Source: Candidatus Hodarchaeota archaeon (GTDB taxonomy: Archaea; Asgardarchaeota; Lokiarchaeia; Sigyniarchaeales; SOKP01). Taken from it: DNA of 64,000 nt. A program made the translations under genes and the position numbers. Shown in pieces: positions 1-9,261 of the stretch. Numbering within the stretch: the stretch's first letter is position 1; every line of letters begins with the position of its first letter. The stretch is from NCBI GenBank assembly GCA_048886685.1, contig JBHLKM010000003.1, positions 261,548-325,547 on the forward strand, given 5' to 3'. The notes under the pieces are model-generated. The model searched no databases and was not told where the DNA came from. It was given only the letters and a program-made list of their open reading frames with translations.

Positions 1-3000
1 GGTGAACCTGGTGAAGATAAGGAAACATATTTTGAGTGGTATAAAGAAGTAAAAATCTTTGAAGATACCTGCGATTTAGAAATTGATGCGATCACAAGCA
101 TTTATGCAGATTTAGATGAGATTCTGCCGCTGGTGGATGGAATCATTTACTTTTTAAATCCTTTAGTTAAGGAAGAATATGAACTCCTCGAAATGGTGCT
201 ACCAGATATTTTTTCAGTTAAACGAGATATTCCAACAATAGTTATAGTTTATGATCAGAATGGAATTCTTCCAATATCTGTAAATGAGCTCTTAACAAAT
301 GTATGGGTTAATTATCCTAGTCTCGAAGCCTTTGCTAATCTAAATCCTGAAGAATTTCATCAAGCTCTTCAATCATTATGTTTGGCGATGATTAATGGAG
401 AAACCCCGTTGAATATTGAGAATGCTTGGATGAGATTTCCAATATTTATTCAAATGGCAAATGTATATTTTGAAAATAAAAATTATTATTATGCGGCTCA
501 AGCTGTAAGAAAAGCTGCTATGATTGCTGAAATTTACAATAAAGAGGAATATTTCATAATTACTGAGCAAGCTGCATATTTGTATTCAAAGATTAACTTA
601 TATCTGGAAGCAAGTCAAATTTTAGAAAATATCGATAAATCGAAGTCGCTTAATTTTAAGAAACTATATGTAGATGCAATGAAAAGAGAAGGAAATCTGT
701 ATTTTAATAAAAACGAGTATGAAACTGCTGCGAAACAATATGAACGAGCGGGACAATGGGCTAGTATTGAGTTATTAGAGAAAAAAATTATTGAAGAGGC
801 ATTCAGATTAGCAATAACCTCGTGGATATCGGCATGTAAAGTTGAGAACGCATTTAGAATTCTTGAAAATCTGTCGCATCAAGAATCTCAGACAATTCTA
901 AAGGAGGTTGTCGATAAAATTGGTAACGCAGCAGAATTTTTAGTTGAAACTAATAGATTCGAGTTAGCAAAAGAACAATTATATACTGCAATATATAAAT
1001 ATCAAAGAGAAGCACTTTCAGACGAATTAGAAGGCCTCACCATCAAATTAACGAAAATTTTAATCGATATCTTTAAACATCAAATTGAAGTTAAGGAATT
1101 TCACGCTGCGAGGTATACTTATGACGAAATTGAAAACATGTGGGATTCGTATAATGTTAAAAAAACTAATTTAGATGCAACTTTAAAAATCCTAATTAAC
1201 CTTTTCTTAGAAAAAAATAACTTTGGGATGGCAACAACGCTTATTAATAAATTAAATTCTTTGAAGTTAAAACAAGAATTAACCAAATTAAGTGGTGAAA
1301 TTGAGGATACTTATAAAACCTCATTGAAAAAGGAATTAGAGGAAATGATTAAAAAAGGAGTAGAATTCATAACTGAATTTGTTAATGCTGAGTTAGATAT
1401 TATTGCCGAAATGAATAAAAAAAAAATTGAGGTAGCCGAAGAGTTCATTAATCATGGTAAATATCTTAAAGCATCGAGATATTTAGTAGATCAGGCGGAC
1501 TATTTAAAAAAAATAGGAAAGGAGGGTATAAGAGATCAAATTCTTACAAAGGCTTTAGATATTCTCCTGGAGGGTGATATTTTTGAAGAATTTTTCATTA
1601 CTTTCAACCTTTTGTCAGTAGAAATGAAAAATAATTATTTGATTAGAGTTTTTCCAAAATTTCTTGGAAATCTAAAAGATATTGAAAAATTGGAGAATTT
1701 TGAAATAATTGCAAGAATTATGGAAGATTCCAACAGAATTTATCGTGATCACTTATTATATGACGAATCCAAAAAGATTAGTTTGGTTTATATAAAAACA
1801 ATTAAACATGAAGCTTTAAATCTACTTCAAAGAGAAGAAAATCGTACAGGAATTATAAGGGTAAATGAACTTGTAAAAAAAGCTAATAATGTCTCTTCTG
1901 CTTATTTAGAAAAAGAAGAAAGCTTAAAAATAAATTATGACAAAATTTTTAAAAAAATTGCTGAAATATATATTAAACTAGATGATTTGCCGAATGCTCA
2001 TGCTTATAATGATAGAATTGAGAATAAACAATATAAAAAAGAGATTCATGATATAATCGATAAACTTGAAGCAGAAAAGAGTGCTATTCGCTCTAAGAAA
2101 GCAAAAGAAACTCGGGAAGAAAAGCTTTTGGAAGAAATACGCTCAATTATTCAAAACAAAGCAAGAGAGTATAAGGGTTTAGATCGCGAAAAAGAAATTA
2201 GGGAAAGAAATGCTAGAAAAACAAGATATTTTAGAAAAGCGTTAGCTTATATAGCTGATAAAGAGTATGACAAAGCAATTGACTTGTATAAGGAAACTAT
2301 AGTCGAATTAAATAGAATTAAAAAATATAATTTAGCGGGTGTTTCATTAGTAATCGTGAGTTTATTACTACTTAAAGAACAGAGAATGGAAGAAGTCAGA
2401 CAAATATTAGAGGAGACAAAACGTAGTTTGACAGGATTAGGAAAATTATTTTCTGATACTTTCCCAGTTACCTTAGTCGAATACATCCTTCAAGCAAAAA
2501 AGTTTAATGACGAAGCTAAGTTTAATGAAGCTTTATATCTTATGGAATATCTACCATTATTTGATGAAGAATTGAAAATTCTCCATGATTTCTTTAGTGA
2601 GGATTATAAAGACAAAGAAAAACATAAAGAACAAAAGACAGAGACTATTCAAGTTGAAGAGGTCAAAGAATTATCAAAAGAGCAAGCTATAGAAATTGAT
2701 CAAAGATATGGGAAAATAGAATCAAAATTAGGAGATACTAGAAGAGAGAAAGAAGAATTGCTAAATAAACGAAAAGCTACAAAAAGAATTTTCTATAATC
2801 AAATTTTTAAATTATTAGAAGCACATAATTTCACAGAAGCAGCTACTAAATATTATGAATTAGCTGAAACCATGGCTTCTAAAAGAAAAGATCTTAAAAC
2901 GAGTTCGCTCCTTATCCTTTTACATGGACTATGTTTATTAAAATCAAAAGAACCATTTCCTCTCATTAAAGAAAGCATTTATCAATTTTTAAATAAACGG

Positions 3001-3168
3001 GGTGTTAAAAAATTGGTAGAAGATATATATGATATTATGTTAATCCTTTTTATTATTGATGTCAAAAAATATAACTTAGAAAATTATTTACCTAAAATTA
3101 AGGGTATGTTAGAAATTCTACCTTTATTTGAAGAAGAAATAGAGTTAGTAGAGGATATTCAAAATTAA
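1..3168 (+). CDS. Large alpha-solenoid (TPR/SNAP-like) protein with degenerate small-GTPase-like N-terminus; 5'-truncated by window edge
   Basis: Frame is open from base 1 (GEPGEDKETYFEWYKEV...), in frame with the 133 ORF. The N-terminal DGIIYFLN and IPTIVIVYDQ segments resemble GTPase beta-strands; the remainder is helical repeats (YETAAKQYERAG, YDKAIDLYKE, FTEAATKYYELA). Confidence 0.6.
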   Translation, partial: GEPGEDKETYFEWYKEVKIFEDTCDLEIDAITSIYADLDEILPLVDGIIYFLNPLVKEEYELLEMVLPDIFSVKRDIPTIVIVYDQNGILPISVNELLTNVWVNYPSLEAFANLNPEEFHQALQSLCLAMINGETPLNIENAWMRFPIFIQMANVYFENKNYYYAAQAVRKAAMIAEIYNKEEYFIITEQAAYLYSKINLYLEASQILENIDKSKSLNFKKLYVDAMKREGNLYFNKNEYETAAKQYERAGQWASIELLEKKIIEEAFRLAITSWISACKVENAFRILENLSHQESQTILKEVVDKIGNAAEFLVETNRFELAKEQLYTAIYKYQREALSDELEGLTIKLTKILIDIFKHQIEVKEFHAARYTYDEIENMWDSYNVKKTNLDATLKILINLFLEKNNFGMATTLINKLNSLKLKQELTKLSGEIEDTYKTSLKKELEEMIKKGVEFITEFVNAELDIIAEMNKKKIEVAEEFINHGKYLKASRYLVDQADYLKKIGKEGIRDQILTKALDILLEGDIFEEFFITFNLLSVEMKNNYLIRVFPKFLGNLKDIEKLENFEIIARIMEDSNRIYRDHLLYDESKKISLVYIKTIKHEALNLLQREENRTGIIRVNELVKKANNVSSAYLEKEESLKINYDKIFKKIAEIYIKLDDLPNAHAYNDRIENKQYKKEIHDIIDKLEAEKSAIRSKKAKETREEKLLEEIRSIIQNKAREYKGLDREKEIRERNARKTRYFRKALAYIADKEYDKAIDLYKETIVELNRIKKYNLAGVSLVIVSLLLLKEQRMEEVRQILEETKRSLTGLGKLFSDTFPVTLVEYILQAKKFNDEAKFNEALYLMEYLPLFDEELKILHDFFSEDYKDKEKHKEQKTETIQVEEVKELSKEQAIEIDQRYGKIESKLGDTRREKEELLNKRKATKRIFYNQIFKLLEAHNFTEAATKYYELAETMASKRKDLKTSSLLILLHGLCLLKSKEPFPLIKESIYQFLNKRGVKKLVEDIYDIMLILFIIDVKKYNLENYLPKIKGMLEILPLFEEEIELVEDIQN

Positions 3169-4088
3169 TCTACAATATTTGCATATTTTTGAAGGTCTTT
3201 CACACGCATGCGAAGTGTAACCTCTGTAACTTTCGCGAGCTGGGAAATTTCTTTCTGCGTTCTATTTTCATTACATATCTTTGATGCTATATAGATAGCA
3301 GCAGCAGCAATTCCTTTAGGGTCTTTACCTGCCGAGTTGAATCCACTATCTCTTGCCTTTTCAATTAATTTTACAGCTATATTTCTACACTGCATTGAGA
3401 GCTTAAGTTCTTCATTAAATTTATCGACATATCTATCAGCTGAAAAATGTTGTACCTTCATCCCGAGTTTTGGCAGAACTTCCATGAGAATTAAACGGTA
3501 ACTTTTGATTACTTTCTTTTTAGGAATTTGTGCAATTTTTGTTATTTCTTCAGCAGTTCTTGGTATTCCATGAACTCTTAAAGCAGCAAATATAGATGCT
3601 GACAATAATGTATCTATACTTCTTCCCATAGTTAATTTCTTTTTTACTGTTTGGGTATATATCCTAAGTGCATCCTCAGCTACGGCATCTGGAATCCCTA
3701 ATCTTTTTTGTAAACGCTGTAAATTAGGTAGAGCAATCCATAAGTTTCTCTCATAACTAGTTGTTAAAGATCTATGAATTTTAGCCAATCTATTAAATTT
3801 AGATTTGTATTTTGGGCTTAGTAAAGTACCTCTGGCGTCTCTTGATCCTCTGATAATCGTTCTGGGACCTATAGGGCTATAAACTCTTTCACTACTTTTT
3901 CTCTTCTGAATTTCTTCTTGAGTAAAAGCTCTACGAGGACTATCATCAAGTATTCTAGAATATACAAAACCACAGTTTAAGCAGACATAAAATCCATCTT
4001 CCTCACTAACTTTAGGGCTATCGCAGCAGGGTGTACTTTCTTCACCCATATCTTCAAAAAAATCATTATCTTCAAAGTGAGATGGCAT
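3165..4088 (-). CDS. tfb: Transcription initiation factor IIB (TFB) family
   Basis: N-terminal Zn ribbon (CC...CLNCG), RAFT B-reader-like segment, two cyclin repeats (GRSIDTLLSASIF, GKDPKGIAAAAIY), C-terminal TQKEIS...VTEVTLR. Confidence 0.93.
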   Translation of the reverse strand: MPSHFEDNDFFEDMGEESTPCCDSPKVSEEDGFYVCLNCGFVYSRILDDSPRRAFTQEEIQKRKSSERVYSPIGPRTIIRGSRDARGTLLSPKYKSKFNRLAKIHRSLTTSYERNLWIALPNLQRLQKRLGIPDAVAEDALRIYTQTVKKKLTMGRSIDTLLSASIFAALRVHGIPRTAEEITKIAQIPKKKVIKSYRLILMEVLPKLGMKVQHFSADRYVDKFNEELKLSMQCRNIAVKLIEKARDSGFNSAGKDPKGIAAAAIYIASKICNENRTQKEISQLAKVTEVTLRMRVKDLQKYANIVD

Positions 4089-4285
4089 AATAGCTGATGT
4101 TCAGTAAAAAATGAATTAGGGCAATTTCATTTTTAGTATAAAATACATACTCTATAAAATATTTAAGTTTAATCTATTTAAAATTAAGTTGTGAAAATTT
4201 AAATCTTAGACTTTTTAACTAGTATCATATAAGTTTAATAAATAATAATAAAAACAAAATTAACCTATTAATACTAAAAGAATCA

Positions 4286-5533
4286 ATGTTTACTATGTCC
4301 TCTGAAAGTTCCGATATTATAAAGGTCATTTCCAAATTTTTAGACCCCAAATCTGTTAAAATTGAAAAATTAGAAAAGATAGATGAGATTTTAAAATTAC
4401 CAATTCAATCCTACAAATTTATAGATAAAGAAGAATCAACTATAATAAAAAATCTATTTGAAATTACTAAAATCAAAGAAATTCTAAAACTGAGCAAAGA
4501 GGATCCTTTCGAAAGTCTATCCATATTAGAAGAATCTGAAGAATCTCTTGAATTAACAGAAAATTTAAAGGAAAAAATTGAGGAACTAAAAAATAAATAT
4601 CCCGCCTTAGAAAATAAATTACGAAAAGCAGTTACTATTAGCACACTCATAAATAGCCTTACTGAGGAAAAAGAAGGTATTGAACCCGAAGCTCAAAAAG
4701 TTTTAGTAGCTGGTCTCGATGCTGCAGGTAAAACATCTTTATTATCGAAATTTGGGGGACGCTTAGGGATAAGTGATATGATTGCTACTCATCCAACTAA
4801 GGGAGTAGTTAGGATGAAATTCGGTACTTCCAATCTTTCACTATTTATCTGGGATCTTGGTGGTCAAGAGGAGTATAGAGAACGATATTTAAACAATCCC
4901 GAACAATATTTTATTCAATTAGATTTATTAATATATGTTATAGATGTACAAGATCCAGATAGATTTGAAGAATCTTTAGACTATCTTGATAAAATACTTG
5001 ACTCACTTGTAATGTTAGAAGAAACTCCTTATGTATTACTATTCATTCATAAATTTGACCCTGATTTAAAAGGAGACCCTAAAATACTCCTTAACATTGA
5101 ACTTTTAAAAGACAATATAAGGGAGCTCCTTAGAACTAAGAAATATGATTTTGAAATTGAAATTTATTTAACCTCCATTTATTCTTTAATTTCTCACGAA
5201 CCTCAATTTGCGAAATATATAAAAAATTTAATGAGTGCAACATATTCTCTTACTGATCCAACAGTAAAGAAGGTAGAGGGTCTCGGTAAAACATTGGAAG
5301 AAACTCTTAATGCTGTTATTCGTCTTTCTGAGAGCATTTCTACACAAATAAATGATCTTGATAGTCGTCTCCGGGCTATAGAATCAGGTGCATTTCAAGC
5401 CGCACAAAGCGGACAACCTCTTGAAATCGCAAACCCCTCCTTAAGTTCCCATAGAGCTGGAGAGAATTCACGATTAACCGTTCTAAATGAGTTAAAAGAC
5501 TTATTTAGTAAAAGAAAGAGCTTAGATCTTTAA
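4286..5533 (+). CDS. Arf/Rag-like small GTPase with N-terminal extension and C-terminal coiled coil
   Basis: G1 GLDAAGKTS, G2 PTKG, G3 WDLGGQ, G4 HKFD, G5 TSI. Confidence 0.85.
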   Translation: MFTMSSESSDIIKVISKFLDPKSVKIEKLEKIDEILKLPIQSYKFIDKEESTIIKNLFEITKIKEILKLSKEDPFESLSILEESEESLELTENLKEKIEELKNKYPALENKLRKAVTISTLINSLTEEKEGIEPEAQKVLVAGLDAAGKTSLLSKFGGRLGISDMIATHPTKGVVRMKFGTSNLSLFIWDLGGQEEYRERYLNNPEQYFIQLDLLIYVIDVQDPDRFEESLDYLDKILDSLVMLEETPYVLLFIHKFDPDLKGDPKILLNIELLKDNIRELLRTKKYDFEIEIYLTSIYSLISHEPQFAKYIKNLMSATYSLTDPTVKKVEGLGKTLEETLNAVIRLSESISTQINDLDSRLRAIESGAFQAAQSGQPLEIANPSLSSHRAGENSRLTVLNELKDLFSKRKSLDL

Positions 5534-6258
5534 ATTTTTTTTTTCCCCGTAGAGTTATCTTTAATGTTTTTATAGGTAGCAGACAAAAAAATTACTACAC
5601 AAATTACGATCCATAAGATAAGATACCACACATTTTCATATATCATTGAATTTAATTGGCGATATTCAATCGTATACACAACAAATTGCTCAAAATATTT
5701 AAAAATTATTTCAAATACAGGAGCAACAATAAAAACTGAAACGAAGAATCCTACTATACCAATTAAACAACCAAATATTACATCAGAGGGATAATGGACA
5801 CCCAACTGAATTCTTGAAAAGGAGATTATAATTGCTAGTATTGACATTAAAATTATCATCATGGGTGATTTTAGAAAGAAACCACCCACCAATAATCCGT
5901 ATGCGACAATATTATATGAGTGCCAAGAAGGAAAACTCTTTGATCGTGGTTTTGTTTCTAGCACCTTTAGTTTATCTTTTTCTATCTTATCAAATGGTCT
6001 TGATCTATTAACAAATTGTTTAATTGCAGCAATTAATAATAAACCAGTTAAAAATATACCAGCTAAGTTGGCAAGCAAAAAGGGGTCATACCAGATAAAT
6101 AAATAAAAAGCGATTAAAAAAATCCATATTGTTTCCCTTCCAAAGAATGAAAAAAACTTCAGAATGTAAGTAGCAGGCTTCCCTCCAATACCATTATATT
6201 TTATTATAACCTTTTGGTCCCATTCATCGATTTTGTTAGAAAAGGCTTTAAACTCCAT
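5530..6258 (-). CDS. PAP2-family membrane phosphatase
   Basis: KxxxxRxRP, SFPSWH and SRIQLGVHYPSD motifs; multiple TM segments. Confidence 0.9.
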   Translation of the reverse strand: MEFKAFSNKIDEWDQKVIIKYNGIGGKPATYILKFFSFFGRETIWIFLIAFYLFIWYDPFLLANLAGIFLTGLLLIAAIKQFVNRSRPFDKIEKDKLKVLETKPRSKSFPSWHSYNIVAYGLLVGGFFLKSPMMIILMSILAIIISFSRIQLGVHYPSDVIFGCLIGIVGFFVSVFIVAPVFEIIFKYFEQFVVYTIEYRQLNSMIYENVWYLILWIVICVVIFLSATYKNIKDNSTGKKKI

Positions 6259-6281
6259 AATAACTTGCGTTAATGATAAAT

Positions 6282-7076
6282 TTAAAATGAATCTATATAC
6301 CTATAGGCTCCTTTCACGTTATTAATCTGACTTTCAAAATAATCTAATGAATGTGAATCAGAGCCAACAAAAAATTTTCCTCCTTCCTTCATTAAAAGAG
6401 ATATTACCGATTTTGAAGGGAAAGAACGTCCAATTGAAAATTTCTTCCCAGATAAATTATATTCAATACGTATATTGTTTTTTATGCAAAGTCGACCTAA
6501 TTCCAACACTCGTTCTTCTGAGACGTCACAGTCCTCCTCAGGTTTTATGTCATTTTCATTAATATATCGGAATATCGTATCGATATGACAAATATTTTTG
6601 AAAATTTTAGAATTTATCATCATTTCTGATGTTTCAAAATATTCATCAATAATCTCTTTCATTTTTTTCTTTTCGAGAAATTTGATTAATTTCTCTTTGG
6701 ACGTTATAGGATACCCAAAAATCCATTCATGGATGGTACCCCCAATGAAATCTAATTCTTTTTCATAATCATCCATAAATTCCAATAGCTCTATTTCTCT
6801 ATCTTTATAATACTCAACTTCAAGTCCACTATAAATGAAATCATATGTTTCCTTTATCTCATCGAGTTCCTCTAAGTAGTTATCAATATTCCCATTATAG
6901 AATGGATTGCTCTTATCTTTTTCAATATAGTACAGCTCATAATGTTCTAAAAAACAGACATTTATTTCATTTTTCTCCGCTATTTTTATATAATCCTCGA
7001 ATATGGGACCATTTTCTTCGATATCAGCACTCCATTTAGCAGTGTGAACATGATAATCAGTATATTTAAACTTCAT
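6282..7076 (-). CDS. PHP-domain phosphatase (histidinol-phosphatase HisK-like)
   Basis: DYHVHT, GLEVEY, CHID and GSDSH motifs. Confidence 0.8.
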   Translation of the reverse strand: MKFKYTDYHVHTAKWSADIEENGPIFEDYIKIAEKNEINVCFLEHYELYYIEKDKSNPFYNGNIDNYLEELDEIKETYDFIYSGLEVEYYKDREIELLEFMDDYEKELDFIGGTIHEWIFGYPITSKEKLIKFLEKKKMKEIIDEYFETSEMMINSKIFKNICHIDTIFRYINENDIKPEEDCDVSEERVLELGRLCIKNNIRIEYNLSGKKFSIGRSFPSKSVISLLMKEGGKFFVGSDSHSLDYFESQINNVKGAYRYIDSF

Positions 7077-7124
7077 AATTTATAAGGTTTATAATTAAAG
7101 AAGAATAATAAAAATACTTATTAA

Positions 7125-9032
7125 CTATTCAATTGAATCTTCTTTATCAAAAAATACTTCATAAAATAGCTCTTTTTCTCCTTCTTCAGGCGGAGTTATT
7201 TTTGTATAACCACCTTGTTGTATTATACGGATAGTACTCTTATTTTGAATATGAATATTCCCATAAAATCCTTTTATACCTTTTTCCTTTGCTACAATAA
7301 TTAAATGTTGGTAAAGAAAAGTCCCGACTCCTTTCCCTCGATAGTCTTCTCTTACTAGAAAGCTGTATTCAGCAGTATTCAGTTTAGGATTTAAATAATA
7401 AGTAGCATTTCCCACCATATCTTCTTTTCCTATTTCTCCCACAAAAGCTCCTATAGAAAAAACCTTATCGTAATCAATATTCACTTCACTTTGAGTTTTT
7501 GAATGTGTAAATTCTTTCTTCATCCCAAAAAATCTCAAATATCGGTCTCTCTCATTCAAAGAATAATATAGTTCTTTAAGTAATGATTCATCTGTAGTTT
7601 TAACTGGTCTTATTCTAATCTTTTCGTTATTAAAAGCTGTATAAATCGTTTCATACTCAGAAGGGTATAAACATATGTGCCCATTTTCATCACACGGAAG
7701 TAGTTGATCTGAATAAACATAATTCAGTTTTTTTGCTTCCTCCAAGAGTGATTGTCGGAAGTTCGGGTGAGCAACACATATCAATTCAAGCACTCTTTCT
7801 CGAATCGTTTTACCATGAAGATATGCAACACCCCATTCAGTTACAACATAATGTACATCTCCCCGAGACAACATTATTCCAGCACCCTCATCTAAATGAG
7901 GAACTATTCTAGACTTTTTACCATCTCGAGATGTGGATGGAATAATTATAATTGGTTTCCCTCTTTTTGAAAATGCAGCACCTCTCATAAAATCTATAGT
8001 TTCTCCCAATCCTGAATAGAATTGGTAACCTTCTGTTGCGGCATTTACCTGTCCAGTAAGATCTATTTGTCGAGCAGAGTTAATTGATATCAAATTCTTA
8101 TTCCTTCCAATATATCTTGGATTACAAACATAATCAGAAGGGAAAAATTCAATATATGGATTATTATGTACAAAATCATATAGTTTTTTCGTTCCTAGAG
8201 CAAAGCTTGTAATAATTTTTTCAGGATGGAAACTTTTCTTTCTACAAGTAAGGATACCGCCTTCTATAAGTGGAATTATATTGTCCGTAATATAATGTGA
8301 ATGCATTCCTAAATCTTTTTTATCAAATAAATATTTTAGAGTAGCATTTGGTAGATCCCCAAATCCTATATGGATTGTGGATTTATTATCAACTAAGTTA
8401 GCTAAATTCTGTCCTATTCTTTCAGCAATATCATCCGGTTCATCAAAATTAAACTCTAGCAAAGGTGTATCATTATATACAAAAAAATCAATTTCTTTCA
8501 TATGAATAAAACTATTCCCTAAAGTACGAGGCATTTGGGGATTAATTTCAGCAATCGTAATGAATGATGATTGAGCTATTGGCTTTGCGATATCGACATT
8601 TATTCCTAATGAACAAAAGCCATAAGGATCAGGAGGAGAGACTTGTACGAGTGCCACATCAATATGTTTTCGACCTGATATAAATAAAGAAGGAATCTCA
8701 CTAGCATAAATTGGAGTATAATCTGCTTGGCCCTTATTAATTTCCTCGCGAAGTGTTTTACCGATAAAAAATGCATTGTGACGAAAAAGATCTTCTGCTT
8801 TATCCTTGAAATACTTTTCAGGTCCAATTGTTAAAAAATGAAGGATTTCTGTGTCAATCAGCTTTTCTGAATTTTTTATTAATTCTGATGTTAACAATTG
8901 TGGCTCTGAACACCCAGAGTCAATAAAAACTCTATTCCCCGGAATAATTTTTTTAATGGCTTCCTCAGCACTAATTTCTTTTTCTTTCCATTTTTCCCTC
9001 CAAGTTTCATCAATCAAACTATAACTTACCAT
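7125..9032 (-). CDS. Acetyl-CoA hydrolase/transferase-like domain fused to C-terminal GNAT acetyltransferase
   Basis: DVALVQVSPPD, INSARQIDLTGQV, VVTEWGVAYLHGK...ER...HP; C-terminal IRPV...VREDYRGKGVGT GNAT motif A. Confidence 0.88.
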   Translation of the reverse strand: MVSYSLIDETWREKWKEKEISAEEAIKKIIPGNRVFIDSGCSEPQLLTSELIKNSEKLIDTEILHFLTIGPEKYFKDKAEDLFRHNAFFIGKTLREEINKGQADYTPIYASEIPSLFISGRKHIDVALVQVSPPDPYGFCSLGINVDIAKPIAQSSFITIAEINPQMPRTLGNSFIHMKEIDFFVYNDTPLLEFNFDEPDDIAERIGQNLANLVDNKSTIHIGFGDLPNATLKYLFDKKDLGMHSHYITDNIIPLIEGGILTCRKKSFHPEKIITSFALGTKKLYDFVHNNPYIEFFPSDYVCNPRYIGRNKNLISINSARQIDLTGQVNAATEGYQFYSGLGETIDFMRGAAFSKRGKPIIIIPSTSRDGKKSRIVPHLDEGAGIMLSRGDVHYVVTEWGVAYLHGKTIRERVLELICVAHPNFRQSLLEEAKKLNYVYSDQLLPCDENGHICLYPSEYETIYTAFNNEKIRIRPVKTTDESLLKELYYSLNERDRYLRFFGMKKEFTHSKTQSEVNIDYDKVFSIGAFVGEIGKEDMVGNATYYLNPKLNTAEYSFLVREDYRGKGVGTFLYQHLIIVAKEKGIKGFYGNIHIQNKSTIRIIQQGGYTKITPPEEGEKELFYEVFFDKEDSIE

Positions 9033-9261
9033 TGCTGACGTTTAAACTAAATCCTTTAATTTTTTAATTTATAAAAATTAACTCCAGTCCTTTTATTATT
9101 TGTATTTTCATCAATATAATGTTTTTGAAATTATAAATAAAATGTTTAAATTCCATTCAATTCTTTTTTGAATTAGAAGTATCCTAATTTAATATGAAAT
9201 AAATAATATTTTAATCTAGCAATAAAAAACTATAATTTGAAATTCAAAAGTGTAAATAATA

